DNA of 64,000 nt. It comes from Synechococcales cyanobacterium VAR_4_metabat_354 (GTDB lineage: Bacteria; Cyanobacteriota; Cyanobacteriia; Cyanobacteriales; Chamaesiphonaceae). The position numbers were made by a program, and so were the translations under genes. The notes under the pieces are model-generated. The model made no database searches. It saw only the letters and a list, made by a program, of their open reading frames with translations, and was not told the origin of the DNA. Positions within the stretch are counted from its first letter, which is position 1, and every line of letters starts with the position of its first letter. The DNA lies in NCBI GenBank assembly GCA_031414775.1, contig JANOQI010000035.1:30609-94608 (forward strand). Direction: 5' to 3'. Below are positions 1 through 10,094 of this stretch, piece after piece.

Positions 1-1
1 C

Positions 2-703
2 GACCGGTATACCACGCCCTTTCTTCAGGCCAACACTTTTCACTTAACGGCCACCCTTTATGCCCTAGCCCATTTTCATAAACCAGGCGCTAGACCAGAT
101 CCAGCCAATATCTATGCTCAGATTACCGACAGGTTAGCTCAACTGATGCCGGAGCTGCAAAGCATCTCAGTGGATTATGACCAAAAGCACGCCAGACTGA
201 CTCTCCAGGTGGCTGATATTCATGGTGTTGTTTGTCCTGCTCACGAATTGTCTGACAACACCCTGCGATTGTTGTCATTAGCCGTACTGGGATTGATGCC
301 CCATCATGGTTTGATTTGTTGGGAGTCACCAGAACATGGGATGCATCCCACCAGTATTTCCCACATCTTGCAGTTCCTGCGACAGATGGCGATCGATCCC
401 GAGCAACCCATCACAACTGATAATCCCTTGCGTCAAATCATCATCAGCACCAATTCATCGTTGGTAGTGCAGCAAATACCAGCAGATAGTTTAGTAATAT
501 CCGAGTTAAAAGATACTCAACGCGATTATCAATACTTTCAACGAGCTAGTTTTACTTATCTGCCGCATACTTGGCGACATGTCTCTGACCGGAATCCCGA
601 TAAAAATGTTGTTGCCCCAGAGTCACTACTGGACTATCTCAATCCGGTGCTCAGCCATTCCCATTCAGCTGTTGATCATGCGCCTGTCCGGGTAATTGAT
701 TGA
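2..703 (+). CDS. C-terminal part of an ABC-type/AAA_21-like ATPase, truncated by the window edge
   Basis: Frame is open from position 2. LSDNTLR resembles the LSDGT signature and ICWESPEHGMHP resembles the Walker B/D-loop EEPENGIHP. Confidence 0.6.
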   Translation, partial: DRYTTPFLQANTFHLTATLYALAHFHKPGARPDPANIYAQITDRLAQLMPELQSISVDYDQKHARLTLQVADIHGVVCPAHELSDNTLRLLSLAVLGLMPHHGLICWESPEHGMHPTSISHILQFLRQMAIDPEQPITTDNPLRQIIISTNSSLVVQQIPADSLVISELKDTQRDYQYFQRASFTYLPHTWRHVSDRNPDKNVVAPESLLDYLNPVLSHSHSAVDHAPVRVID

Positions 704-778
704 CCAGGCTTGCGACCGCATATTCCTGGCGTTGTATAGTAGCTATGACATAGCCACCGCTCATTTTACGACTCGCCC

Positions 779-1744
779 ATGAAACTTGCCTTCATCATCG
801 ACCCGATCGCCAAACTCGATCCGACTCACGATAGCAGTGTGGCCATGATGGAGGCCGCTCATCAGCTGGGGCATCAGGTCTATATCACCACCGCCGAGCA
901 ACTGAGTGTGATTGATGGGCAAGCAGCAGCTCACCTGCAACCAGTCAAGATTCATCCGGTAAAACTGGATGGAGATCGCTGGATTGCCCCCAGCCCTTGG
1001 TATGAAATTGGCCAGTCTGAATTCATGAACTTAAACAACATGAATGCGGTCTTTATGCGTACCGACCCACCAGTTGATGTGCCCTATCTCTATACCACTT
1101 TTATTCTGGACTATATTGACCAAACTAAAACCCTATTAGTCAACCATCCCAACGGTTTGCGAGCTGCTAACGAAAAAATGTTTGCGATGCAGTTTGCCGA
1201 GTGGATGACCGATACGATCGTCTCGCGCAGCAAAGATGTCATTCGGGAATTTGTAGAAAAGCACCAAGCGGCGGTGATGAAGCCCTTGGGTGGTAAAGCA
1301 GGGGAAGGGATTTTATTTTTGCAACCAGACGATCGAAACTTCAATTCCTTAGTGGAAATCAGCACTCAGTGGGGCAAGTACCCGATGATGATCCAAAAGT
1401 TCTTGCCCGCTGCTAAAGATGGCGACAAGCGGATCATTGTGCTGGATGGTCAGCCGCTCGGGGCAATCAATCGCATTCCTACGGGCAAAGAATTTCGGGG
1501 GAATATGGCGGTTGGCGGGCGGGTAGCCAAGGCCGAAATTACTGATCACGAACTAAAAATGTGCGCAGCTCTAGCACCGAAACTGAAAGAATATGGTTTG
1601 TATTTTGTAGGAATTGATGTGATTGGTGGCTACCTGACCGAGGTCAATGTCACCAGCCCTACTGGGATTCGGGAGATCGATCGACTGAATAACACCTCGG
1701 TAGGTGCCACGGTGATGGGTTGGCTAGCTGCAAAGATCGGTTAG
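779..1744 (+). CDS. gshB: Glutathione synthetase
   Basis: MKLAFIIDP..HDSS, FMRTDPP, ANEK, KPLGGKAGEG, GDKRI, RGNMAVGG, EVNVTSPTG. Confidence 0.97.
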   Translation: MKLAFIIDPIAKLDPTHDSSVAMMEAAHQLGHQVYITTAEQLSVIDGQAAAHLQPVKIHPVKLDGDRWIAPSPWYEIGQSEFMNLNNMNAVFMRTDPPVDVPYLYTTFILDYIDQTKTLLVNHPNGLRAANEKMFAMQFAEWMTDTIVSRSKDVIREFVEKHQAAVMKPLGGKAGEGILFLQPDDRNFNSLVEISTQWGKYPMMIQKFLPAAKDGDKRIIVLDGQPLGAINRIPTGKEFRGNMAVGGRVAKAEITDHELKMCAALAPKLKEYGLYFVGIDVIGGYLTEVNVTSPTGIREIDRLNNTSVGATVMGWLAAKIG

Positions 1745-1778
1745 GCAAGCTATGATAGTGTTGAAATTATCGGCGCGA

Positions 1779-1901
1779 ATGTCTAAAAAATATGCGCTGC
1801 GATCCATGAAACCTCATCAATCTCTAATCATCATTCACAGTTTTCTCACATCAGCCTGCTGCGCGTTGCAGGCTAACTGGTGGCGATTTAGCAGCTATTA
1901 A
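1779..1901 (+). CDS. Putative leader peptide (uORF) of DAHP synthase ending ...NWWRFSSY (alternative ATG at 1806)
   Basis: Manual translation MSKKYALRSMKPHQSLIIIHSFLTSACCALQANWWRFSSY*. Tandem TGG TGG at 1878-1883. Confidence 0.5.
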   Translation: MSKKYALRSMKPHQSLIIIHSFLTSACCALQANWWRFSSY

Positions 1902-2012
1902 ACTTTACTCAGTTTCTAATCACGATCAAGCGCTCAGCTCTGCCAGTATTCCAGGTTTTTTAACCTGTTGAAAGTTTTAAATAATTATTACTATTACCAC
2001 CAACCATTTCCT

Positions 2013-3056
2013 ATGGAAGACAAAATTTCTGATGCCTGTATTGGTAAATCTCAGGTGCTAATGCCGCCGAGCGAGCTGAAAACCAATCTGCCGCTTACCC
2101 CTGAGCTAGAGCGAAAAATCCTTAGCTATCGATCGCAGATTAAAAATATCCTCGATTTTCAAGACCGCCGCAAGTTCATTGTGGTCGGACCTTGTTCGAT
2201 CCATGACACGAAGGCGGCGATTGAGTATGCCCATCGGCTTAAACAATTGTCCGATCGAGTGTCGGACAAATTGTTACTAATTATGCGGGTCTACTTCGAG
2301 AAACCGCGTACCACCGTCGGTTGGAAGGGTTTGATCAATGACCCGGACTTGGATGATTCCTTCGATGTCGAGAAAGGAATGCAAGTGGGGCGGCAATTGC
2401 TGCTCGATATTACCGAAATTGGTTTGCCCACCGCTACCGAAGCCCTTGATCCGATCGTCCCCCAATACATCGGCGATTTAATTTCTTGGGCAGCGATCGG
2501 TGCCCGTACTACTGAGTCTCAAACCCACCGGGAAATGGCCAGTGGTCTTTCCATGCCAGTTGGCTTCAAAAATGGTACCGATGGCAGCATTAAAGTAGCT
2601 CTCAACGCTTTGCAGTCGGCGATGCAACCCCATAATTTCCTGGGTATCAATCAACAGGGGCAGGTCAGTGTTTTTCAGACTACTGGCAATGCTTATGGCC
2701 ATGTAATTTTACGCGGTGGCGAAAGCAAGCCCAACTATGACTCGGTGAGTGTTGGTGCAGTAGAAATGGCTCTGAAAAAAGCTGGGATGGCACCGCGCAT
2801 TGTGATTGACTGTAGCCACGGTAATTCCAATAAAGATTATCGGTTGCAGCCGATCGTTATGGAAAGTGTGATTCAGCAGATTGTGAATGGTAATACTTCG
2901 ACAGTGGGCTTGATGTTAGAGTCTCACCTGTCAGAAGGCAGCCAATCGATTCCGGCGGATTTGAGTCAGTTGCAGTATGGGGTGTCGGTGACGGACAAGT
3001 GTATCAACTGGGCGGAAACAGAACGGATTATTCTGGCGGCATTCGATCGACTGTAA
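2013..3056 (+). CDS. aroF: 3-deoxy-7-phosphoheptulonate (DAHP) synthase, class I alpha (possible in-frame TTG start at 1968)
   Basis: VVGPCSIHD, RVYFEKPRTTVGWKGLIND, IGARTTESQTHREMASG, IDCSHGNS, YGVSVTDKC. The aroF/G/H subtype cannot be resolved. Confidence 0.93.
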   Translation: MEDKISDACIGKSQVLMPPSELKTNLPLTPELERKILSYRSQIKNILDFQDRRKFIVVGPCSIHDTKAAIEYAHRLKQLSDRVSDKLLLIMRVYFEKPRTTVGWKGLINDPDLDDSFDVEKGMQVGRQLLLDITEIGLPTATEALDPIVPQYIGDLISWAAIGARTTESQTHREMASGLSMPVGFKNGTDGSIKVALNALQSAMQPHNFLGINQQGQVSVFQTTGNAYGHVILRGGESKPNYDSVSVGAVEMALKKAGMAPRIVIDCSHGNSNKDYRLQPIVMESVIQQIVNGNTSTVGLMLESHLSEGSQSIPADLSQLQYGVSVTDKCINWAETERIILAAFDRL

Positions 3057-4323
3057 GCTGTTGATGTGAATTTTTATTAATTCCCTGCTGGGCAATCAAA
3101 GCCGTCCCATAAGCAGCATCTTGGTGTCTGGCTGTCAGCATTGGCACTTGTAGTTGCCGCTGGCGAATCTCCTGCCAAACCAAGTTCTTAGCACCACCCC
3201 CAGCGCTGTAAACAGCCGTCAGAGGATGGGCACCCAATTTTTGCAACAGCTTGTAGCCTTGCGCTTCAATGCGAGCCATGCCAGTCAGTAAACCTGCTAA
3301 AAACTCCACATCTTGCGTTGGTCGCGGAGTGATGCAGGGCGGTAACTCTGGGTCATTAACTGGAAAACGCTCTCCTGGACGCAAAAGCGGATAGTAATCT
3401 AAATCGGTGGAGAGCTGAGGATCGATAACTTGGCTCAAATCAGCCAACTCTTGATCGCTAAAAAAGTGCCGTAACACCGCGCCTCCCGTATTAGAAGCTC
3501 CACCCACCAGCCATAAATCCCCCCAACGGTGGCTATAAATGCCATACTGCGCCTGATCGATCGGCTGCTCACTCAACAACTTCAACACCAGCGTAGAACC
3601 CAAAGAAGTCACCGCCTGACCAGGTTGATGAGCGCCAGCCGCCGCAAAAGCGGCAATGCTATCGGTGGTACCGGTACAGACTAGGCAGCCTGAAGATAAT
3701 CCCAATTGCTGCGCGACTGCCGGTAACACTACTGCCACCGGCTGACCGGGGGTGAGAACCTGCGGCAATAGAGGAAAAAAGCTGGTGGCGCTTAACCAAT
3801 CTGGATAACGTAAATTAACCACGTCATAGCCCAATTTCAGGGCATTATGATAATCACTCACGCCCAGTTGACCATGCAGCAAAGCAGCTAACCAATCAGC
3901 TTGGTGCAGAAAATAATGGGCTTTGGCAAAGTAAGGCTGTTGGGAATACCACCATAATTTGGTAAAGCTAGAGGTTGCACTAACTGCCGAATGCTCCGCT
4001 GGAGAAATTTTTCTGACTTGTTCTAACCCAATTTTGCCCCGGTCATCGTTGTACAGTAATGGCTCCCCCAGCACCTGACCAGCACTGTCACACAGCAACA
4101 CTGTCGAAGAAGTTCCATCGATCGCCATCCGGCCAATATTATTTTTGATTTCTGAGGGGATTCGATCGATCAACTGCCATAAGGTTTGTGCCCAAACCTG
4201 ATCTATTGACTGAAGAGATGCTACAAATGGCTGACTATCTGACCAGCAGATATTACAATCGTTATCAATTACAGCCAATCGAGCACCGGATGTGCCAAAA
4301 TCTATTCCCAGAGATAGTTGCAT
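3028..4323 (-). CDS. FGGY-family carbohydrate kinase (xylulose/ribulose kinase-like)
   Basis: LGIDFGTSGAR, IDGTSST, GTTDSIAAF, TSLGSTLVLK, GGASNTGG, AGGGAKN. Confidence 0.9.
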   Translation of the reverse strand: MQLSLGIDFGTSGARLAVIDNDCNICWSDSQPFVASLQSIDQVWAQTLWQLIDRIPSEIKNNIGRMAIDGTSSTVLLCDSAGQVLGEPLLYNDDRGKIGLEQVRKISPAEHSAVSATSSFTKLWWYSQQPYFAKAHYFLHQADWLAALLHGQLGVSDYHNALKLGYDVVNLRYPDWLSATSFFPLLPQVLTPGQPVAVVLPAVAQQLGLSSGCLVCTGTTDSIAAFAAAGAHQPGQAVTSLGSTLVLKLLSEQPIDQAQYGIYSHRWGDLWLVGGASNTGGAVLRHFFSDQELADLSQVIDPQLSTDLDYYPLLRPGERFPVNDPELPPCITPRPTQDVEFLAGLLTGMARIEAQGYKLLQKLGAHPLTAVYSAGGGAKNLVWQEIRQRQLQVPMLTARHQDAAYGTALIAQQGINKNSHQQLTVDRMPPE

Positions 4324-4343
4324 CAATTTGAATATCTCTAATA

Positions 4344-4359
4344 TGTATCTAAAGTTACA
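4344..4359. promoter_or_regulatory. NtcA-binding site upstream of glnB
   Basis: TGTA-TCTAAAGT-TACA is a perfect GTA-N8-TAC, about 95 bp upstream of glnB, an established NtcA target. Confidence 0.8.
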
Positions 4360-4431
4360 AAAATATCGCTAACAAGAGTGTTAAAAAGCTGTTATTAGCT
4401 AACAAATAAAATTTTAAGACCTTATAGGTAA

Positions 4432-4791
<360 letters not shown>

Positions 4792-4832
4792 TCCATTCTC
4801 AATTGCTAGATCTTGAAAATAAAAATTTAAAG

Positions 4833-4859
4833 AAGCCTGGTTGCAAGACCAGGCTTTTT
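4833..4859 (+). terminator. Intrinsic terminator after glnB
   Basis: AAGCCTGGT-TGCAAG-ACCAGGCTT followed by a T run. Confidence 0.85.
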
Positions 4860-4937
4860 GCTAAAACCAATAAGCCCCAATTGGCGGATCGCTAAACCTT
4901 ATAATGGCGATTGATAACGTTCGATCGGCCATCACTT

Positions 4938-6041
4938 ATGGAAGCTACGATTCGGGTAGAATTACCCACCAGTCAATACAATGTGACCATTCAGCCCCGA
5001 GGATTACAGCAGCTGGGTCAACATTGCCAGCAGCTCAAACTAGGCAAAAAGATCGTAGTGGTTTCCAATCCGGTGATTTTCAAGCATTATGGTCAGACAG
5101 TTCTAGATTCTTTAGCAGCGGCTGGTTTTGTAGTTACTACTTGCCTTCTGCCCGCTGGGGAGCGTTATAAAACACTCGCCTCGATCCAAAAAATATACGA
5201 TGTGGCCATAGGTCAACGTCTAGAGCGATCCTCGACGATCCTAGCCTTAGGTGGCGGTGTCATTGGTGACATGACCGGCTTTGCGGCATCTTCCTGGCTC
5301 CGGGGGATCAACTTTATTCAAGTTCCCACTACCCTATTGGCAATGGTTGATGCTTCAATCGGCGGTAAAACTGGTGTGAACCACCCCCAAGGTAAAAACC
5401 TGATTGGTGCATTTTATCAGCCGCGCTTGGTGATGATCGATCCCGAAGTATTAAAAACTTTACCCAGTCGCGAATGGCGAGCGGGGATGGCCGAAGTAAT
5501 TAAGTACGGGATCATTTGGGATGCAGAACTATTTCAGATGCTAGAGCAAGCGGGTAAACTCGATAGGTTGTCTCAAGTGAGTCCCAATTTATTGGCCGAG
5601 ATTCTGCGCCGCTCGGCTCAATCGAAGGTAGACGTGGTGAGCCAAGACGAAAAAGAAAGCGGCATCCGAGCAATCCTCAACTACGGTCACACCATTGGCC
5701 ATGCGATCGAGAGTTTAACTGGCTACAAAGTAGTCAACCATGGAGAAGCCGTGGCCATCGGCATGGTTGCAGCTAGCGAGCTAGCAGTGAAAGCACAGTT
5801 ATGGACAAATGCCGATGCAGCTCGCCAAAACGCTGTGATTAAAAACACTAGATTACCTATCTTGCTGCCATCGGGGATCAACATCGACGAGATAGTTGCA
5901 GCATTGTCTCTAGATAAAAAAGTGCAAGCTGGTCAAGTGCGTTTCATTATGCCGACTAAAATTGGGGCGGCGATTGTAACCGATCAAATCACTAATCAAG
6001 ATATTAGAGATGTTTTGCAGTCTATAGACTCGATGGATTAA
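4938..6041 (+). CDS. aroB: 3-dehydroquinate synthase
   Basis: [61 protein letters not shown]. Confidence 0.97.
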   Translation: MEATIRVELPTSQYNVTIQPRGLQQLGQHCQQLKLGKKIVVVSNPVIFKHYGQTVLDSLAAAGFVVTTCLLPAGERYKTLASIQKIYDVAIGQRLERSSTILALGGGVIGDMTGFAASSWLRGINFIQVPTTLLAMVDASIGGKTGVNHPQGKNLIGAFYQPRLVMIDPEVLKTLPSREWRAGMAEVIKYGIIWDAELFQMLEQAGKLDRLSQVSPNLLAEILRRSAQSKVDVVSQDEKESGIRAILNYGHTIGHAIESLTGYKVVNHGEAVAIGMVAASELAVKAQLWTNADAARQNAVIKNTRLPILLPSGINIDEIVAALSLDKKVQAGQVRFIMPTKIGAAIVTDQITNQDIRDVLQSIDSMD

Positions 6042-6295
6042 ATGACAAACTCACCACATTCATCGGCCAAATAGCATAAGGCTCGCCAGCGTAAGCCTGT
6101 CAACTGTTCGTAGAAAGGGTTGAGCTTGCACAATGGTGGAATATGAAAAAGATGGCGGCCAAATAGACTGACATTTCGCTCGAAGGGACATTGGGCAGGA
6201 ATGATGTTGCAAAGCCAGCGAGCTAGCTCTGGACTAGTAATTTCTAAATTGTCTAAATAGCGTTGTACTAGCAAAAGTAAGTTGAAAATCTGCAT
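6038..6295 (-). CDS. Small cyanobacterial protein of the 'Mo-dependent nitrogenase C-terminal domain' family
   Basis: [36 protein letters not shown]. Confidence 0.85.
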   Translation of the reverse strand: MQIFNLLLLVQRYLDNLEITSPELARWLCNIIPAQCPFERNVSLFGRHLFHIPPLCKLNPFYEQLTGLRWRALCYLADECGEFVI

Positions 6296-6491
6296 AGAGA
6301 TTACGGCGTAAATTCTTTTTCATTTCACTAAATGTGCCATTCCAGTAAACCAAACAGGTTTCGGTGGTTTATAGCTACATGTTTATCCGACCTTTAATAT
6401 ATATTTATTGTGCCCGCAGATTATGTATCGAAGCACACCAAACTTAATTATTTTTTAAGGTTCTTGTCCTAAGTTGTTTTGAATACCCCAT

Positions 6492-7676
6492 TTAGTGGAT
6501 ATCTGAAACCGACGTCCTAGAACCGAAATCGTGTTGAGACCGATCTTTCGTCATATTGGGAGAGCTATTGTCAGATGAAGAATATTTGGCAATGGAATGG
6601 CTACGATGTCCTAAAAACCGCTTTTCGACTAGATGCCACATCGCGATTGCCCCAGCGGTAGTAGCGATCATAACCGTGGCCAAGAAAAGCCAAGGCTGGT
6701 GTTGGAACCAGCCAAAATGCAGAATAGTCTGGATGATCGGGTAATGTAGAATGTAGATGCCGTAAGAAAAATCGCCATAATTTCCAAAGTCACCCATGTA
6801 GAAGAATAGACCCAAAAAGATCACAACAGTGGCCAGGGCAAAGGGTTCTAGTGGTGGCAACGGAAAGTTAATATTGATAGCAAGAACTAATAATGCTGTT
6901 GCTAAGAAGTATTTAACATGGCGCTCAAAGAACGGTAAAAAGTAATAGAAAAAGGCACCAGCCATGAAGTAAGAAAGCTGACCTGGTAATTGACGGCTAA
7001 GTTCTTCGTAGATCCCCCTATCAGTGCGTTCTGCTACGGCTTCCAAGATTTCGGCGTAAGCGACGGATGAGCAGTAGACCAGGATCAGCACAGGTAGACG
7101 AGCAAACTTCCGAAATAAGAACACCAGAACAGGAACAGTCAGATAAAACATGACCTCAATTTTGATTGTCCATAGCGAAGCGTTAATGTCGGGAAGATTA
7201 TTGTTCTCAAAGACGCCAGGAAGTTCGGGCTGTAATAAATTGAGAAAAGTAAGGTTGCTAAAAACGTACTTAATCCATTCAAATGAGAAATATTCTCCAA
7301 TGCTCTTGGAACTGACAGTGCATAAAAGTACTGCACAGAGTATTACTACTGTGAAATAGGCTGGGTAGATGCGTCGGATACGCTTGCGGATGTAAGTCAT
7401 TAGGGATGATGACCGTTCAAAACTCATGAAGATCAAAAAACCACTGACCACAAAAAAAGCTTTCACGGTGACTGCTGATGACACAAAGCTAGAAACCACC
7501 CCAATCTGTTTAAATCCAGACAGGTAAGAAGCGTGAGATACGCACACCGCTACGGCTAATAATAGTCGAAGTAAGTCAAAGTTATTTTGTGCTAACCGAT
7601 GATGAGTATGCTGCGACAATTTAATCTCTCCCGAATTTGGCACTTTATTGGTTGAGCCTAACATCTCAATTAACAC
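6492..7676 (-). CDS. Acyltransferase-3 (OafA-like) membrane O-acyltransferase (start uncertain)
   Basis: NNFDLLRL, FFVVSGFLI, KRIRRIYP, NASLWTI..E..FY, GDFSYGIYILHYP, WHLVEK, and many hydrophobic helices. Confidence 0.9.
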   Translation of the reverse strand: MLIEMLGSTNKVPNSGEIKLSQHTHHRLAQNNFDLLRLLLAVAVCVSHASYLSGFKQIGVVSSFVSSAVTVKAFFVVSGFLIFMSFERSSSLMTYIRKRIRRIYPAYFTVVILCAVLLCTVSSKSIGEYFSFEWIKYVFSNLTFLNLLQPELPGVFENNNLPDINASLWTIKIEVMFYLTVPVLVFLFRKFARLPVLILVYCSSVAYAEILEAVAERTDRGIYEELSRQLPGQLSYFMAGAFFYYFLPFFERHVKYFLATALLVLAININFPLPPLEPFALATVVIFLGLFFYMGDFGNYGDFSYGIYILHYPIIQTILHFGWFQHQPWLFLATVMIATTAGAIAMWHLVEKRFLGHRSHSIAKYSSSDNSSPNMTKDRSQHDFGSRTSVSDIH

Positions 7677-8024
7677 TTGTCAGAATATACATATCAGACA
7701 GTATTTCTAAACCGCCATAATGTAAGTATTGAAAAGCGTCTTGTAGATTGAGTTGTCGATCGATCAGCAAAAGCTGGAAATAAAATTGGGTAGATTTAAG
7801 GCAGTGACAGGATTCATCACTCTAACTGTGAGTGCTGGGGGTAGCTGAACTAAAGACATTGGGTAAAATCGCCATGTTACTAAATGATAGTAATTGATAT
7901 ACTAAACAGGCGTACAAGGTTCAGAGTGTATTAAAATTAACTCTGATAACCATAACAAAGTCAAATTCAGTTATACAATTCACCCTAGCTATTCCCGCAG
8001 TACCAAAACCAATTGTCTTTGAAT

Positions 8025-9392
8025 ATGATGAAAAAAAAATTGTTATTAATTGGTCTCTGTCTAGCTCCGATCGCTGCCTTAGTGCTGATTCCTAATATAA
8101 AAATTGATCATCATGCTACTATTGCCAACCAAAAGCAGGAGGCAAATTTAGAAGTACAAGAATTTGGTGAAGCATCAGCTGTAGCTGGTAGTCTAGGTCG
8201 AAAGTATTATGTTGACAGTGCTAAAGGTAATGATTCTAATACTGGAACTACTGAAGCTCAGGCTTTTAAAACAATCCAGCAGGCCAATCAAAGAGTTGGG
8301 GCTGGTGACACCATCTATGTGAAAAATGGTACTTACAATGAAAATGTAACCATCAAAGCGTCTGGGAAATCAAATAATTGGATTACTTTTCAAGCTTTTC
8401 CTGGACACAAACCATTCGTAATGGGTTCTCAGGAAGCTTTTAAAGTTCAAGGTAACTACATCAAAATTATCGGATTTGAAATTACTTCTAAAGCTGAAAA
8501 TGGAATTAATATCTATAAAAAAGAGGGTGTGACTCACCACGTACAGATATTAAAAAATAATATTCACGACTCTGGCTGCAACGGCATTGGTGGCGGGAAA
8601 GTAGATTACCTGCTAATTGAAGGTAACACGACTTACAAAAATGCTTTTACCGCACCTTGGCAATGTAGTGGAATCACTTTATATCAGGCTTTTAACTTTG
8701 ATGATAAGCCAGGATTTCATAATATAATTAGAGGAAATGTTTCTTACTCTAATGAGAATAAAGTGCTTCCATCTGGTGGGAAAGAAATAACCGATGGAAA
8801 CGGCATTATCATCGACGATTTTAGAGCTACTCAAAAACGCGATGAGCCACAGTCGAAGTATCGATCAGCGACTTTAGTGGAAAACAATATCGTTTTTGAT
8901 AATGGTGGGCGAGGAATTCATGTTTTCCAAAGTGATAAAGTGGTAGTGAGAAACAACACTTCTTTTCAGAACTTGAAATCCAAGAACTTAGTTGGAGGAT
9001 TTGCCAATAATGGGGAGATGAATTCATCTTTCTCTGATGGCTCATCATTTTACAATAATATTGTTTATGCAAAAGACAAGTCTAGAGTTGCATTCTTAGA
9101 CAACAATTCTAATGGTAATAATAAGTGGGATTATAACTTGTCTTATAAAGGGATAATTAAAGTGGGTAAGGATAAGTCCAATGCCATCTTGGGTAAAAAT
9201 AATTTGATTGATACAGACCCATTATTTATTAATCCATCGATTGTTGCTGGCAAGGCGAATTTTCGATTGAAAGCTAGTAGCCCTGCCATAAATTCAGGGA
9301 CATCCATCAGTACTGCTCTGACTGATATTGAAGCTAGAAAAAGACCCATCGGTGACAAATACGATATGGGCGCTTATGAAATGAAATTCTAG
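8025..9392 (+). CDS. Secreted right-handed parallel beta-helix (pectate-lyase-like) protein with a choice-of-anchor-Q-like C-terminus
   Basis: N-terminal hydrophobic signal, YYVDSAKGNDSNTG..AFKTIQ.A, GDTIYVKNGTY, DGNGIIID, NNIVFDNGGRGI, SPAINSG...DMGAYE. Confidence 0.8.
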   Translation: MMKKKLLLIGLCLAPIAALVLIPNIKIDHHATIANQKQEANLEVQEFGEASAVAGSLGRKYYVDSAKGNDSNTGTTEAQAFKTIQQANQRVGAGDTIYVKNGTYNENVTIKASGKSNNWITFQAFPGHKPFVMGSQEAFKVQGNYIKIIGFEITSKAENGINIYKKEGVTHHVQILKNNIHDSGCNGIGGGKVDYLLIEGNTTYKNAFTAPWQCSGITLYQAFNFDDKPGFHNIIRGNVSYSNENKVLPSGGKEITDGNGIIIDDFRATQKRDEPQSKYRSATLVENNIVFDNGGRGIHVFQSDKVVVRNNTSFQNLKSKNLVGGFANNGEMNSSFSDGSSFYNNIVYAKDKSRVAFLDNNSNGNNKWDYNLSYKGIIKVGKDKSNAILGKNNLIDTDPLFINPSIVAGKANFRLKASSPAINSGTSISTALTDIEARKRPIGDKYDMGAYEMKF

Positions 9393-9400
9393 AACTTTCT

Positions 9401-10054
9401 TTAAGTGGAATTTCCATCGATACCAGCGATCGCAACTACGGCTACACCCCAGACTTTGATGCCAGCTGCTTGTAAGACTTGGCTAGTAGCTGATATGGTG
9501 GCTCCGGTCGTATAGATATCGTCAATTAGGAGCACGGATTTTCCGGCTAGTTTGTGGCGGGGATCTAACTGAAAGGCATCTTGTAAATTGCGTTGTCGAT
9601 CGATCGGTGAGAGCTGAAACTGAGCTTGGGTAGATTTAGTCCGCTGAAGAGATTCGTCGATCGGGAGGCGGGTCTGCTGACAAAAGCCTTGAGCAATCAG
9701 AGTAGCTTGATTAAAACCTCGCTCGCGTTGCTTGTCCCGATGCAATGGGATCGGCATCACCCGCAATTGTTGCTGTCTTGGATAGCACTCCAACCAAGCA
9801 ATTCCCAGTAAGCTACCTAAATGATGACCTAACTCGGGATGATGTTGGTATTTACAAGCGGCGATTGTTCGTTTGAGTACGCCGCCGTAATTTCCCCAAG
9901 CCAAAACACTGTTTTGGGATTGAATTTTTTGCTCTAGTTGGGTGGCGAGGAGTTGGCGCTGACAGTAAAGGCAGAGAGGATCAGTGGTTGATCGATCGCA
10001 CAGCGGACAGGGCGGCTTGAGGAAGAAATTCAGGAATGGTTGTAATATTCGCAT
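9401..10054 (-). CDS. comF: ComF-family amidophosphoribosyltransferase-like competence protein
   Basis: CPLC..LCLYC zinc finger, PIPLH..KQRERGFNQA, LLIDDIYTTGAT. Confidence 0.9.
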   Translation of the reverse strand: MRILQPFLNFFLKPPCPLCDRSTTDPLCLYCQRQLLATQLEQKIQSQNSVLAWGNYGGVLKRTIAACKYQHHPELGHHLGSLLGIAWLECYPRQQQLRVMPIPLHRDKQRERGFNQATLIAQGFCQQTRLPIDESLQRTKSTQAQFQLSPIDRQRNLQDAFQLDPRHKLAGKSVLLIDDIYTTGATISATSQVLQAAGIKVWGVAVVAIAGIDGNST

Positions 10055-10094
10055 CAACAAAAATTAGCTTCCTTAACCTGCCTGACGATGAGCT

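Noticed and set aside
6038..6295. Evidence of nitrogen fixation from the 'Mo-dependent nitrogenase C-terminal' family name
   Set aside because: The family occurs in non-diazotrophic cyanobacteria and there are no nif genes in the window.
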